Shown here one piece after another: positions 48,301 to 56,128 of a DNA stretch of 64,000 nt. Below the pieces are notes generated by a model that made no database searches, was not told the DNA's origin, and saw only the letters and a list, made by a program, of their open reading frames with translations. This DNA is from Candidatus Woesearchaeota archaeon (lineage in GTDB: Archaea; Nanobdellota; Nanobdellia; Pacearchaeales; GW2011-AR1): the NCBI GenBank assembly GCA_964413095.1, contig CAYPRJ010000001.1, forward strand, positions 6,975 through 70,974, read 5' to 3'. The stretch's first letter is position 1, and every line of letters begins with the position of its first letter. The position numbers and the translations under genes are program-made.

Positions 48301-51300
48301 AAATACAAGAAATTGATGAGAATGTTCCTGTTTCTGTTTTGCAAACTTCTAGGGGAGATAAGCTTATACTTATTTTAGATGATTCTTCAGGAACAGAGAT
48401 TTTACCTATTAAAAGAGATGAAGATGACTCTTTAGTTGTTTATGGTGTGAATGGCAATAGGCTCTCTTCAGAAGAGCTTTCTGGAAGTTTAGTTAAAGAA
48501 TTAGATCAGATTTATTTTAAGAAATATGATAAATCTTCTTATGAGAATTCTTATAAAAACGCAGAATTGAAATATTATGAAACAGAGCCGTACAAAGGTT
48601 TTCCTGCTATTGTGCCTTTTGATTTAGGTAATGGTTGGTATGCAGCAACAAAACAAACAATTTCAACTGGAGCAAGTATTGCAAGTTATGATAAATCTGG
48701 GCAAGTTAATAGTTTTTATTTGTGCAATGTTGGAAAAAATGGAATACAGGAATTTTACTCTTCAGCAGGAGATGATAATTGCAGAGGATTTAATTTAGGA
48801 ACAGGGCAAGCTTATGACCAGTTTGCTGGTTTAAAAGAGAAAGAAACAAAAGATTTAGTGGAGTGTGCAGTTGATGCTATTGAACAAGCTTCTGATGCAT
48901 ATGAATCAGAGGTTAGTAGAGTTAGAATAAGAACTAGTTGTGGAGGAACAGTAACTTTAAAGGTTGGTGAGCCAGCAGCAGATATTCCTGATATTCAGTG
49001 CCAGGATTTTATGTCTCCAAAGGATTGTAATTTGCTTTTTAATGTTTGTGATCCTTTTATTTGCCCTTCAAGTAGGTGTGATTTTGGAGGAGCCTACCCT
49101 GTAAAAGATGTTGTTCAATCAGGAATAATTGGAAGTTTAATTCTTTGTCTTCCAAATGCCCAAGAAGGAATTGCTGTCCCAGTTTGTATAACTGGAATAA
49201 AAGCAGGAACTGATGGCTGGCTTTCTGTTATGGAATCTTATAGAGATTGTTTGCAAGAAAGTTTAGAGACAGGAAAAAATATGGGAATATGTGATGAAAT
49301 GCATAGTGTTTATTTATGTGAGTTTTTCTGGAAGCAAGCACTTCCTTTAGCTGATTTAGCAGTACCAAAAGTATTGGAGGCTTTTTCAGGACAAGGTACT
49401 CAAGGTGGAGGAGAATATCTTTCTGTTCAAAATGCTTGGGAAAATGCAGAAAATTCTTTAGATTATTTTACTCAGTCTTATGCAACTGAATCTTATAAAG
49501 CATTTCAGGCAAGATCTACAGGAGAAGCAGGAACTTTAGTTTGCAAAACATTTGCTTCAGCAGCATATGCTGATACAGGAAGTTTATTTGATGCAATGAC
49601 TGAAGCAGAATCACCAGCACAGTATCATGGGAACTTTGAAGAGATTACTTTTAGCACTGTAACTTCACCTCCAACTTCTCATTATAAGGTGTTTTATCAT
49701 ATTTATGCAGGAGAAAATTCTGGAGCTTATTATAAAGTTTATTTGAAAGGAAGTTCTGAAAGCTTTTATCAGGATGCTTCAAGAACCAGACAAGTAGCTT
49801 CAGGATATGTGGCTGCAGGAGATTATGCTTCTGAGACAGAAGATTTTACTGCTCCTTCTGGCTATACTCAGATGTGTATAAATGTTAATGGAGAAGAAGA
49901 GTGCGGTTTCAAAGAAGTTTCAACTTCTTTTGCTGCTGATTATATTACAGATAGTTATGCGAAAGAGCAGATTGAAAAATCAGATATTACTACAGAGGAG
50001 GAATGTGTTTCAGGAACTGTCAGTGTTTATAGTTTGCTTGATTTGAATCTTCAAAGTTCTGTTGAGGAATTAATTGACCCTGCTATTTATGAAAAAGGAA
50101 TAACAAGAGTTTGTGCTACAGACAATCCTGGAAAAGGAACTGATCCTTATTCAGGAACTGAAGATTCAAGGTGGGTTGAAGTTGGTTATTGTGATTCAGA
50201 GAATATGAAATGCTGGCTTGATACTAAAAGCATTAAAGATGCAATAGAACTTGAAGGTGTAGAAGAAGAAGCATTAGATACAGTTACAAAAAGTTATATG
50301 GATATTTTGAGAGAAGAAGGAGATTATCTTTCTGAAAAGGAGTTTGAAAAGAAACTTGAAGAAATTGAGGAAGAAGAAAATTCAGAAGAAAAAATTAAGT
50401 TAGTTGAAGAAATTCTTGACAGAGTTTTCCTTAATAATAAAAGAGCTTACTTGTTATTGTTAAGAGGAAATGCTTATGGAGATTTGGCTTTAAATGCATT
50501 TAGAGGAGTAATATCTAAAGTAACTGGAGGAGAAGCTGGTGGAAGTGCTGGTGTTGGAGATGAGACTGGTGCTGAGACAGGTGTTGAAGGAGATATGTCA
50601 GATATAGAGAAAACTTATGAAATAGATAGAATTGGTTTTAAAATAGATGATAAAGAAGCTGAGTTTAAAGAAGATGTTAAAAAGCAAGCAGATGAAGATG
50701 TTGAGCTTGTTGTAGAATATGAGTATAATTGTGAATATGCAGAGTATCAAGTTTTTTCTCCTCAAGGTTTCTTTAAGGGTTTAGTTAGTGGTTTTGATTG
50801 GAATAAGCAAGTTTCTGGAAGAATTGATAAAGAAAGAGTGGACTTGCTTTTGAATAAACTTGATGAAGAGACTTATTATGTTAATGGTTATTGTTTTGAT
50901 GAAAAAGGGAATTCAAAGAAAACTAAATCTAATAATTTAATTGTAGCAGAAGTTTCTGGAGAAGAAATTATTGAAACTCCTTCTTTGTTTGATAGGTATG
51001 AAAAAATTGTGGATGAAAATGATGAGAATTTGTTTGATAAATATGCTGAAGAGAATTTGCCAGAAGGATGGAATCCTAATAAATTTAAAGCTTTACTTGT
51101 TGCTATTGCTATAAGACAGAGTAATCTTGGTTATCCTGAAGGAATTTATGATCCAAGATGGATTATGGAATATGGCTGGGAAGTAAGAGAAGACAAATTA
51201 CAAAGAATAGAAAAGTATGTTTGCCAAGAAGGAACTGATGTTAATGGATTATCTTCTGAAGAAGTTTTAAAGTGTGCAGAAGCACAAATTAAAGATGCTT

Positions 51301-51533
51301 CTAAAACTTTGAAGTTTGCTTTGGATAAGAGTGTGAATAAAGAAAGTGATTACTCAAAATGTGATAAAACAATTTATAGGTTAAGAAGTGATTCTTTGAT
51401 AAAATGTGTTTTAAGTGTTTATATGACTGGAGAGAATTCTAAGATTATTGGAGAGAGTGAAGGAGAAAAATATGCTAAAGAAGTAATGGAAATAATGAAA
51501 GAGTGGGAAGATTATTTTTCTAAGAATTCTTAA
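45363..51533 (+). CDS. giant secreted surface protein (2056 aa) with Cys-rich central module
   Basis: N-terminal signal peptide FFLAGILLVVLISFVSASYS, a 6.2-kb uninterrupted ORF, a central dense Cys cluster (CQDFMSPKDCNLLFNVCDPFICPSSRCDF...), and an acidic linker EEEENSEEKIK. Confidence 0.6.
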   Translation: MNKQKANKIERFFLAGILLVVLISFVSASYSLSNFGIGDSDKSLSFDDKSCEAGQDFLIKISSFGCTPSVVRSDLLEEQNVPVFCQLSATKLNPLIDVEAIESISFKGDYPDAVSGIGFYPAKSALSAKQDINYPVLNNIGYVTIVLKEQANESSMPDVVKGNLTANIKYDIKNAFGVGKANFYLPSLTDEEWEERYFQYGFWEKKGYLRAENIESNSATISVYNKNLQKTSSVNLEKGKTSKEIYIPGFDYCQGSLQLRLDSVEAADTRARLRVNEDIVEVARREKFLDNKCTVIGLERDGLVQNVEIRCDEDEGRKTITLRIEPKIKISIDGEEREVGVGDYLYEDEEKNEFVYLGHIGAKKDSTNIEDIYLFVVRLPEFEKKLSQDKISSIGNFVDKLEYKDLTGNVVTDVLLNSLRLFGAGSEALFRRIVEGQAYRIVSYPEIEEVFGQEIQIIDFVDVQDKELNGAEEYYQNAIGDYKNIVENFAGEKYPENSRVNLGEEALYQQIILARDLGQGKTMVDLCENFKEKYPDSDIDLSDCDDSYKLSNSEISTDYVKINGKTEKISFDGIYEPGFYDYGAEVLVEGPNGERSLLYLSKDQTINLDDFRDEENLNEFIQLVSLDDDSARLKINLAETGLKKLISSDNKNLKKDISESFGSDYIFTLKDIHLEKSAKVSVIPNINNVGTEANFSFQIGIEKRWNLTLAPDTIEKRIDALNGTIGKLQNISDTLGDVIKVGKTACLGTGAVLTIKNFLANLEGTGIARQKVMRGENGWYEKCTDLVEKGEYVSLEQCFLENSDKIDKDVEEVTEIINKQDKEIKKIQEQFTESKFLSEKVVDTDKFMEEFTEKVQEEISVLGNSFEDPRGKGESINIEEMRKTLSYEGWKQGYYSTEKLKEIELALMVLESGADEDLKNIYRERLYSDLSEVQANSESFAEISNLANDLNVQSSQISFLEVGERVKEITYGGLTNKDTEIQEIDENVPVSVLQTSRGDKLILILDDSSGTEILPIKRDEDDSLVVYGVNGNRLSSEELSGSLVKELDQIYFKKYDKSSYENSYKNAELKYYETEPYKGFPAIVPFDLGNGWYAATKQTISTGASIASYDKSGQVNSFYLCNVGKNGIQEFYSSAGDDNCRGFNLGTGQAYDQFAGLKEKETKDLVECAVDAIEQASDAYESEVSRVRIRTSCGGTVTLKVGEPAADIPDIQCQDFMSPKDCNLLFNVCDPFICPSSRCDFGGAYPVKDVVQSGIIGSLILCLPNAQEGIAVPVCITGIKAGTDGWLSVMESYRDCLQESLETGKNMGICDEMHSVYLCEFFWKQALPLADLAVPKVLEAFSGQGTQGGGEYLSVQNAWENAENSLDYFTQSYATESYKAFQARSTGEAGTLVCKTFASAAYADTGSLFDAMTEAESPAQYHGNFEEITFSTVTSPPTSHYKVFYHIYAGENSGAYYKVYLKGSSESFYQDASRTRQVASGYVAAGDYASETEDFTAPSGYTQMCINVNGEEECGFKEVSTSFAADYITDSYAKEQIEKSDITTEEECVSGTVSVYSLLDLNLQSSVEELIDPAIYEKGITRVCATDNPGKGTDPYSGTEDSRWVEVGYCDSENMKCWLDTKSIKDAIELEGVEEEALDTVTKSYMDILREEGDYLSEKEFEKKLEEIEEEENSEEKIKLVEEILDRVFLNNKRAYLLLLRGNAYGDLALNAFRGVISKVTGGEAGGSAGVGDETGAETGVEGDMSDIEKTYEIDRIGFKIDDKEAEFKEDVKKQADEDVELVVEYEYNCEYAEYQVFSPQGFFKGLVSGFDWNKQVSGRIDKERVDLLLNKLDEETYYVNGYCFDEKGNSKKTKSNNLIVAEVSGEEIIETPSLFDRYEKIVDENDENLFDKYAEENLPEGWNPNKFKALLVAIAIRQSNLGYPEGIYDPRWIMEYGWEVREDKLQRIEKYVCQEGTDVNGLSSEEVLKCAEAQIKDASKTLKFALDKSVNKESDYSKCDKTIYRLRSDSLIKCVLSVYMTGENSKIIGESEGEKYAKEVMEIMKEWEDYFSKNS

Positions 51534-51720
51534 TAGTTAAATTACGCGGGAGAAAGGATTCGAATGAAAACTTCTGACTCTGAAATCACACTTCCAGCAA
51601 CCTGAATCCTATTTATGCGGGAGAAAGGATTCAAATTCAAAACCTCGCGGTTTTGTATCCAGATGCAACTTCCTCTTTTTGCCTTTGAAGGAAGTTATCA
51701 TATAGTTCGAATCCTATTTA

Positions 51721-51858
51721 TGCGGGAGAAAGGATTCGAACCTTCGCAGGCACTAAGCCAACAGGTTTCTTCGAGTTAGTTTGCGTTATTTGTGAGACAT
51801 AATCTCTCGCAATCTTCTCGCCTAAGCCTGTCCCGTTTGACCACTCCGGCACTCCCGC
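51721..51858 (-). tRNA. tRNA-Leu(TAG), class II with long variable arm, 54-nt intron at 37/38
   Basis: Reverse complement: acceptor GCGGGAG/CTCCCGC, anticodon stem ACAGG/CCTGT with loop CTTAGG|intron|A, variable arm TGGCTTAGTGCCTGC, T-arm GAAGG-TTCGAAT-CCTTT. Confidence 0.7.
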
Positions 51859-52012
51859 ATTCAAGAGGAGTGGGAAAACTCGTTTGACCCGAAAGTTCTC
51901 GTGAACTTCCTGTAGCCCTTAATTTGAGCGAGGGCTTGAGTTCTCCGGCACTCCCGCATAGAATTAAAGAGAATTTTGAATATAAAAAGCTTTTTAGAAT
52001 TAATGGTTGAGA

Positions 52013-53011
52013 TTATTTCTTTTTTAAATCAGCTTCTTTTTGTTTTATTTTTTCTTCAAGTTTTAATTTTTCTATGAGTTCTTTATAACGATTTCTTATT
52101 GTAACTTCTGTTATGCCTGCAATATCTGCAACTTCTCTTTGTGTTTTTTTCTCGTCGTTCATTAAAGCTGCCACATATAAAGCTGCTGCAGCAATTCCTG
52201 CTGGTCCACGTCCTGAAGTTAATTCAACTTTTTCTGCTTGTTTTAAAATTTTTAATGCGTCGTTTTGTGTTTTTGGAGAGAGTTTTAATATTGAGGAAAA
52301 TCTGGAAATATAATCTTTTGGAGAACTTTGTTTTACTTTTATTCCTAACTTTCTAATTATGAATCTGTAAGTTCTTCCTATTTCTTTCCTCTCAACATCT
52401 GAAGCAGTTGCCATCTCGTCTAATGTTCGTGGGATGTTGTAACTTCTGCAAGCAGCATATAAACAAGCTGCAATTACTGATTCCATGCTTCTCCCTCTTA
52501 CTAAACCTCTTTGTAAAACATAATTGTAAATTCTCGCAGCTTCATCTCTTACTACATTTGGCAAATTTAAATAAGAAGCAATAACTCTAAGTTCTGCCAT
52601 TGCTAATCTTAAATTTCTTTCAATAGAAGTTGAAACTCTTTCTTGCCATTTTTTTAGCCGTAAAAATTTCCGAGTTTGTCCTGGTTCTAGTTTGTAGATG
52701 TCTGAAATTTCTCCAACATTTGTTGTTAGACCTTTGTCAAATTTTTGCATACTTATTGGAGCTCCACCACGACCTTTTTTTTCATCTTTGTCAAAACTTC
52801 CAGATAAATCTATTCCTGTATCTGTCATTTTTTCTTCTATGACAAGACCACAATCATTACAAATAATTTCTCCTAAATGAGGATCATAAGTAATATTTAC
52901 ACTTCCACATTCAGGACATTTTTTTATAGAGGTCATTTGAGTTGTTTTTAGCCATTTTAAGACTAAAGAAATTTTGTTACTTAGAGGTTGGTAAAAAGGT
53001 TTATAAACCAA
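52013..53011 (-). CDS. tfb: transcription initiation factor TFB (TFIIB homolog)
   Basis: N-terminal Zn ribbon CPECGS...CNDCG, the B-linker and two cyclin repeats. 332 aa. Confidence 0.9.
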   Translation of the reverse strand: MVYKPFYQPLSNKISLVLKWLKTTQMTSIKKCPECGSVNITYDPHLGEIICNDCGLVIEEKMTDTGIDLSGSFDKDEKKGRGGAPISMQKFDKGLTTNVGEISDIYKLEPGQTRKFLRLKKWQERVSTSIERNLRLAMAELRVIASYLNLPNVVRDEAARIYNYVLQRGLVRGRSMESVIAACLYAACRSYNIPRTLDEMATASDVERKEIGRTYRFIIRKLGIKVKQSSPKDYISRFSSILKLSPKTQNDALKILKQAEKVELTSGRGPAGIAAAALYVAALMNDEKKTQREVADIAGITEVTIRNRYKELIEKLKLEEKIKQKEADLKKK

Positions 53012-53145
53012 CTTTGTACAGCGTTTATAAACTTTTCGTCATTTATAAAGCTTTCGGTTCTGTTTTTTGTGTGATGTCTTAAAATAAGTTTACAAATATT
53101 AAATCCCTAAGAATATTTATAAAAAAGAATTTCTTAAAAGATAAT

Positions 53146-53535
53146 ATGAAAAGGTGGATAATTTATGGATTGATTTTTCTAATATTTCCCTTGTTAGTGG
53201 TTCTCGCAAGTTTGTTAGAAATCAATGTTTTTAGAAACATATTTAACATTCCAGCATTATTTCTAGGGATGTTTCTTCTTGGAGCACTTATAGGAGAATT
53301 TACTGATAGAATTAATGCCATGACTACAAAAAGGAACAAGAAAAGAACATATGTGCTGCTTGGATGTTTATGGGGGCTAACATTTTTTGTGTTAACATTC
53401 ACTTTTTTCTACAGGGCAATCTATTTAACTGGATTAAATGAAGATTTAATTTCTATATTTAGTCTGGGATTGATGGTCGTTCTTACTCTAATTGGAGCAT
53501 ATATAGGATATATATTCTGGAAGAGAAGCAAATAG
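53146..53535 (+). CDS. membrane protein, unknown function
   Basis: 129 aa, 4 TM helices. Confidence 0.3.
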   Translation: MKRWIIYGLIFLIFPLLVVLASLLEINVFRNIFNIPALFLGMFLLGALIGEFTDRINAMTTKRNKKRTYVLLGCLWGLTFFVLTFTFFYRAIYLTGLNEDLISIFSLGLMVVLTLIGAYIGYIFWKRSK

Positions 53536-53600
53536 TATTTAAGGTATTCTTAGACGTTTCTTCAATATAATTAATTTTGTAAGAACAGTTTGGTTTTTGG

Positions 53601-53972
53601 TTAGGCTTTTTCTGATTCGATCAAAATTCCGTTAACAACACTTTCCTGGCTTGGACGGTTTGTTATTTTTACTTTTCCAAGTTCTGTATCTACAATTGTT
53701 CCCTTTGTCAAGATATTTTGCCTTGCAAGAAATCTGTTTGAAGGAGTTTCAAGAACTTTTTTAATTTCAACTTTTTTTGATTTATTATCTTTTAGAACAT
53801 TTACAAATTTTCCTTGAAGCAAAAATGTCTTTTCTTTTCTTCCTCTGACTTTTCTTTTTCTTCTTTTTTCTTCTCCTAATTTTACAATTTTTTTCTGTCC
53901 TGATTTTTCAAATAATTTTCTTTTTGTAGTTTTCTTATATTTTCCACCAGTAATTTTTCTTCCTTTTTTCAT
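53601..53972 (-). CDS. rps8e: 30S ribosomal protein eS8 (S8e)
   Basis: GRKITGGKYKK...TKGTIVDTELGKVKITNRPSQESVVNGILIE matches S8e. Confidence 0.8.
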   Translation of the reverse strand: MKKGRKITGGKYKKTTKRKLFEKSGQKKIVKLGEEKRRKRKVRGRKEKTFLLQGKFVNVLKDNKSKKVEIKKVLETPSNRFLARQNILTKGTIVDTELGKVKITNRPSQESVVNGILIESEKA

Positions 53973-54299
53973 GTTAAAGAAGAATAAAATTGATTTAAAT
54001 ATCTTTTTATTGTAATAATTTATATAAATATAAATTCTATGAAAATTTATGAGATATATAACAGTAAATTATAATCTAGCAAACAATCTTAATCTTAGAT
54101 ATGATACTTTGGAAAAAGTTATTGATGGATATGACTTATTGGTTGTAGCATCTGGCAATATTTCAATAGAAAAGTCTATTAATTTTTCCTTTCAAAGAAA
54201 ACCTTGATTTGGAACTGTTAAAAGCAGAATTATTTTCAATTCAAATAATCTAGTTTTTGTTAACGAAATATTTATAAATAAATTAAACACAGATTAATT

Positions 54300-54548
54300 A
54301 TGAATGGAATAGAAAGACCTTTAGATTTGTTGAATAATTCAAAAGGCAAAGAAGTTTTGGTGCACCTGAAAGGAGACAGGCAATTTGTGGGAACTTTGTT
54401 AGCATTTGATATTCATCTTAATCTCGTCTTGGATAACATAAAAGAAATCCAAAACAGCGAGATAAAAAGAAATTTTGGAATAACTTTTTTAAGAGGAGAT
54501 ACAATAATTTTTATTTCACCTGCTTCTACTGCTATGAAGAAAGAATAG
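54300..54548 (+). CDS. Sm-like archaeal protein (SmAP/LSm)
   Basis: Sm1/Sm2 motifs: VLVHLKGDRQFVGTLLAFDIHLNLVL...RGDTIIFI. Confidence 0.8.
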   Translation: MNGIERPLDLLNNSKGKEVLVHLKGDRQFVGTLLAFDIHLNLVLDNIKEIQNSEIKRNFGITFLRGDTIIFISPASTAMKKE

Positions 54549-54585
54549 TCATAACAAATAAAAACTCTTTTTTCTTTATTGATTT

Positions 54586-55488
54586 ATGTCAGAGAAAATA
54601 AAAATTGTTTTTTTAGGAACTTCTGATGCTGTTCCAACACCCTCTAGAAATCATACTGCTATTTTGTTGAGCTATAAAGGAGAAAATATTTTAATAGATT
54701 GTGGAGAAGGAACGCAGAGGCAATTTCGCAAAGCAAAAATAAACCAGTGTAAGCTAACAAAAATTTTAGTTACTCATTGGCATGCTGATCATATTTTAGG
54801 AATACCTGGCTTGTTGCAAACATTAGCTCTAAATGAATATAATAAGCCACTTGAAATTTATGGACCAAAAGGAACTAAAAAATTTATGAAAAAAATTTTA
54901 GAGACTTTTGTTTTCAGAGGAAAACATCCTTTAAAGATAAAAGAGGTTAAAGGGAAATTTCTTGAAACAAAAGATTTTTTTCTTGGAGCAAAATCTATGA
55001 CTCATGGAACTCCTTGTAATGGTTATACTTTTGCTAAAAAAGGTGAAATAAAAATTGATAAAAAAAAATTAGAGAAAACAAATATAGCTTTTGGAAAATG
55101 GCTTCAAAAATTAAAACAAGGAAAAGATATTGTTTACAAAGGGAAAAAATATAAAGCAGAAGATTTGACATTTAAAGAAGAAGACAAAAAGATTTCTTTT
55201 ATTCTCGATACTTCAATGAACAAAAAAATTGTTTCTTTTGTAAAAAATTCTGATTTGCTTATTTGTGAATCAAGTTTTGGAGAAAATCTTAAAGAAAAAG
55301 CTAAAGAATACAAGCATTTAACTGCAAGTCAAGCAGCTCAAATTGCAAAAAAAGCTAATGTGAAAAAACTTGTTTTAACACATTTAGGACAAAGATATGA
55401 AAAAAATAAAAAAGATATTTTGAAAGAAGCAAAAAAAGTTTTCAAGAATGTTTGTATAGCAGAAGACTTTGATAAGCTTGAAATTTAG
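54586..55488 (+). CDS. rnz: ribonuclease Z (tRNA 3' endonuclease), metallo-beta-lactamase fold
   Basis: FLGTSDAVPT...ILIDCGEGTQRQ...ILVTHWHADHILGIPGLL. Confidence 0.8.
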   Translation: MSEKIKIVFLGTSDAVPTPSRNHTAILLSYKGENILIDCGEGTQRQFRKAKINQCKLTKILVTHWHADHILGIPGLLQTLALNEYNKPLEIYGPKGTKKFMKKILETFVFRGKHPLKIKEVKGKFLETKDFFLGAKSMTHGTPCNGYTFAKKGEIKIDKKKLEKTNIAFGKWLQKLKQGKDIVYKGKKYKAEDLTFKEEDKKISFILDTSMNKKIVSFVKNSDLLICESSFGENLKEKAKEYKHLTASQAAQIAKKANVKKLVLTHLGQRYEKNKKDILKEAKKVFKNVCIAEDFDKLEI

Positions 55489-55504
55489 AAAAGATTAAAA
55501 AGAT

Positions 55505-55738
55505 TTGATTCTTATTTTTAGAATGAGCATGCTTGGAGATTATATGTGTCCTTTTATTGATGGATGTGAACCTTGTATTTCAAAAAATGATTGTCCTTCT
55601 GATCCTGAAAATTGTTCATACTACCAAATGATGATTTTTAAAGCTAAACACGAGATGAGAGATATGTCTAACAAAGAATTAACTGATTACTTTGATACAA
55701 AGGATTTAGCTTTAGAAACATGGGATTTTGGTGATTAA
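55505..55738 (+). CDS. hypothetical small Cys-containing protein
   Basis: 77-aa ORF (CPFIDGCEPCISKNDCPSDPENC). Confidence 0.2.
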   Translation: MILIFRMSMLGDYMCPFIDGCEPCISKNDCPSDPENCSYYQMMIFKAKHEMRDMSNKELTDYFDTKDLALETWDFGD

Positions 55739-55913
55739 TTTTTTGAATTGGTTAATAGAAAGATTTTAAATATTCTATTTTTCTTTGATTAATAGTGAGC
55801 CCCTGTAGCTCACGTAAGAAACCAAGGTTCCTTGACGTTCAACCTCCTTTGTGGCACTGTTGGGTGATTTCAAGTTGCCTTCGGTGAAATCGCGGACGCT
55901 ACAGGAGACAAGC

Positions 55914-56037
55914 CCCTGTAGCTCAGCCTGGATAGAGCGACTGCCTTCTATGCTATTGGCAGTGTCGTACATTGTTGCGATTATTTGTCTTCAGCGGATA
56001 GCAGTAGGCCGCAGGTTCGAATCCTGTCGGGGGCATT
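55914..56037 (+). tRNA. tRNA-Arg(TCT) with 49-nt intron at 37/38
   Basis: Acceptor GCCCCTG/CGGGGGC, D-arm GCTC-AGCCTGGATA-GAGC, anticodon stem ACTGC/GCAGT with loop CTTCTA|intron|A, T-arm GCAGG-TTCGAAT-CCTGT. Confidence 0.65.
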
Positions 56038-56128
56038 TAGGATTCGATAAATTAGTTTAAACGCATTCAAATAGGAAGGTTAAGCGAAGGAAACTTCGTG
56101 TCCTCGCTTCGAATCCTGTCAGGGGCAT

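Noticed and set aside
55775-56060. ORFs 55775-55972(-) and 55851-56060(+) from the six-frame track
   Set aside because: They overlap the tRNA-Arg gene and its GC-rich flanking repeats on both strands. They are open frames created by a GC-rich RNA locus in AT-rich DNA, not proteins.
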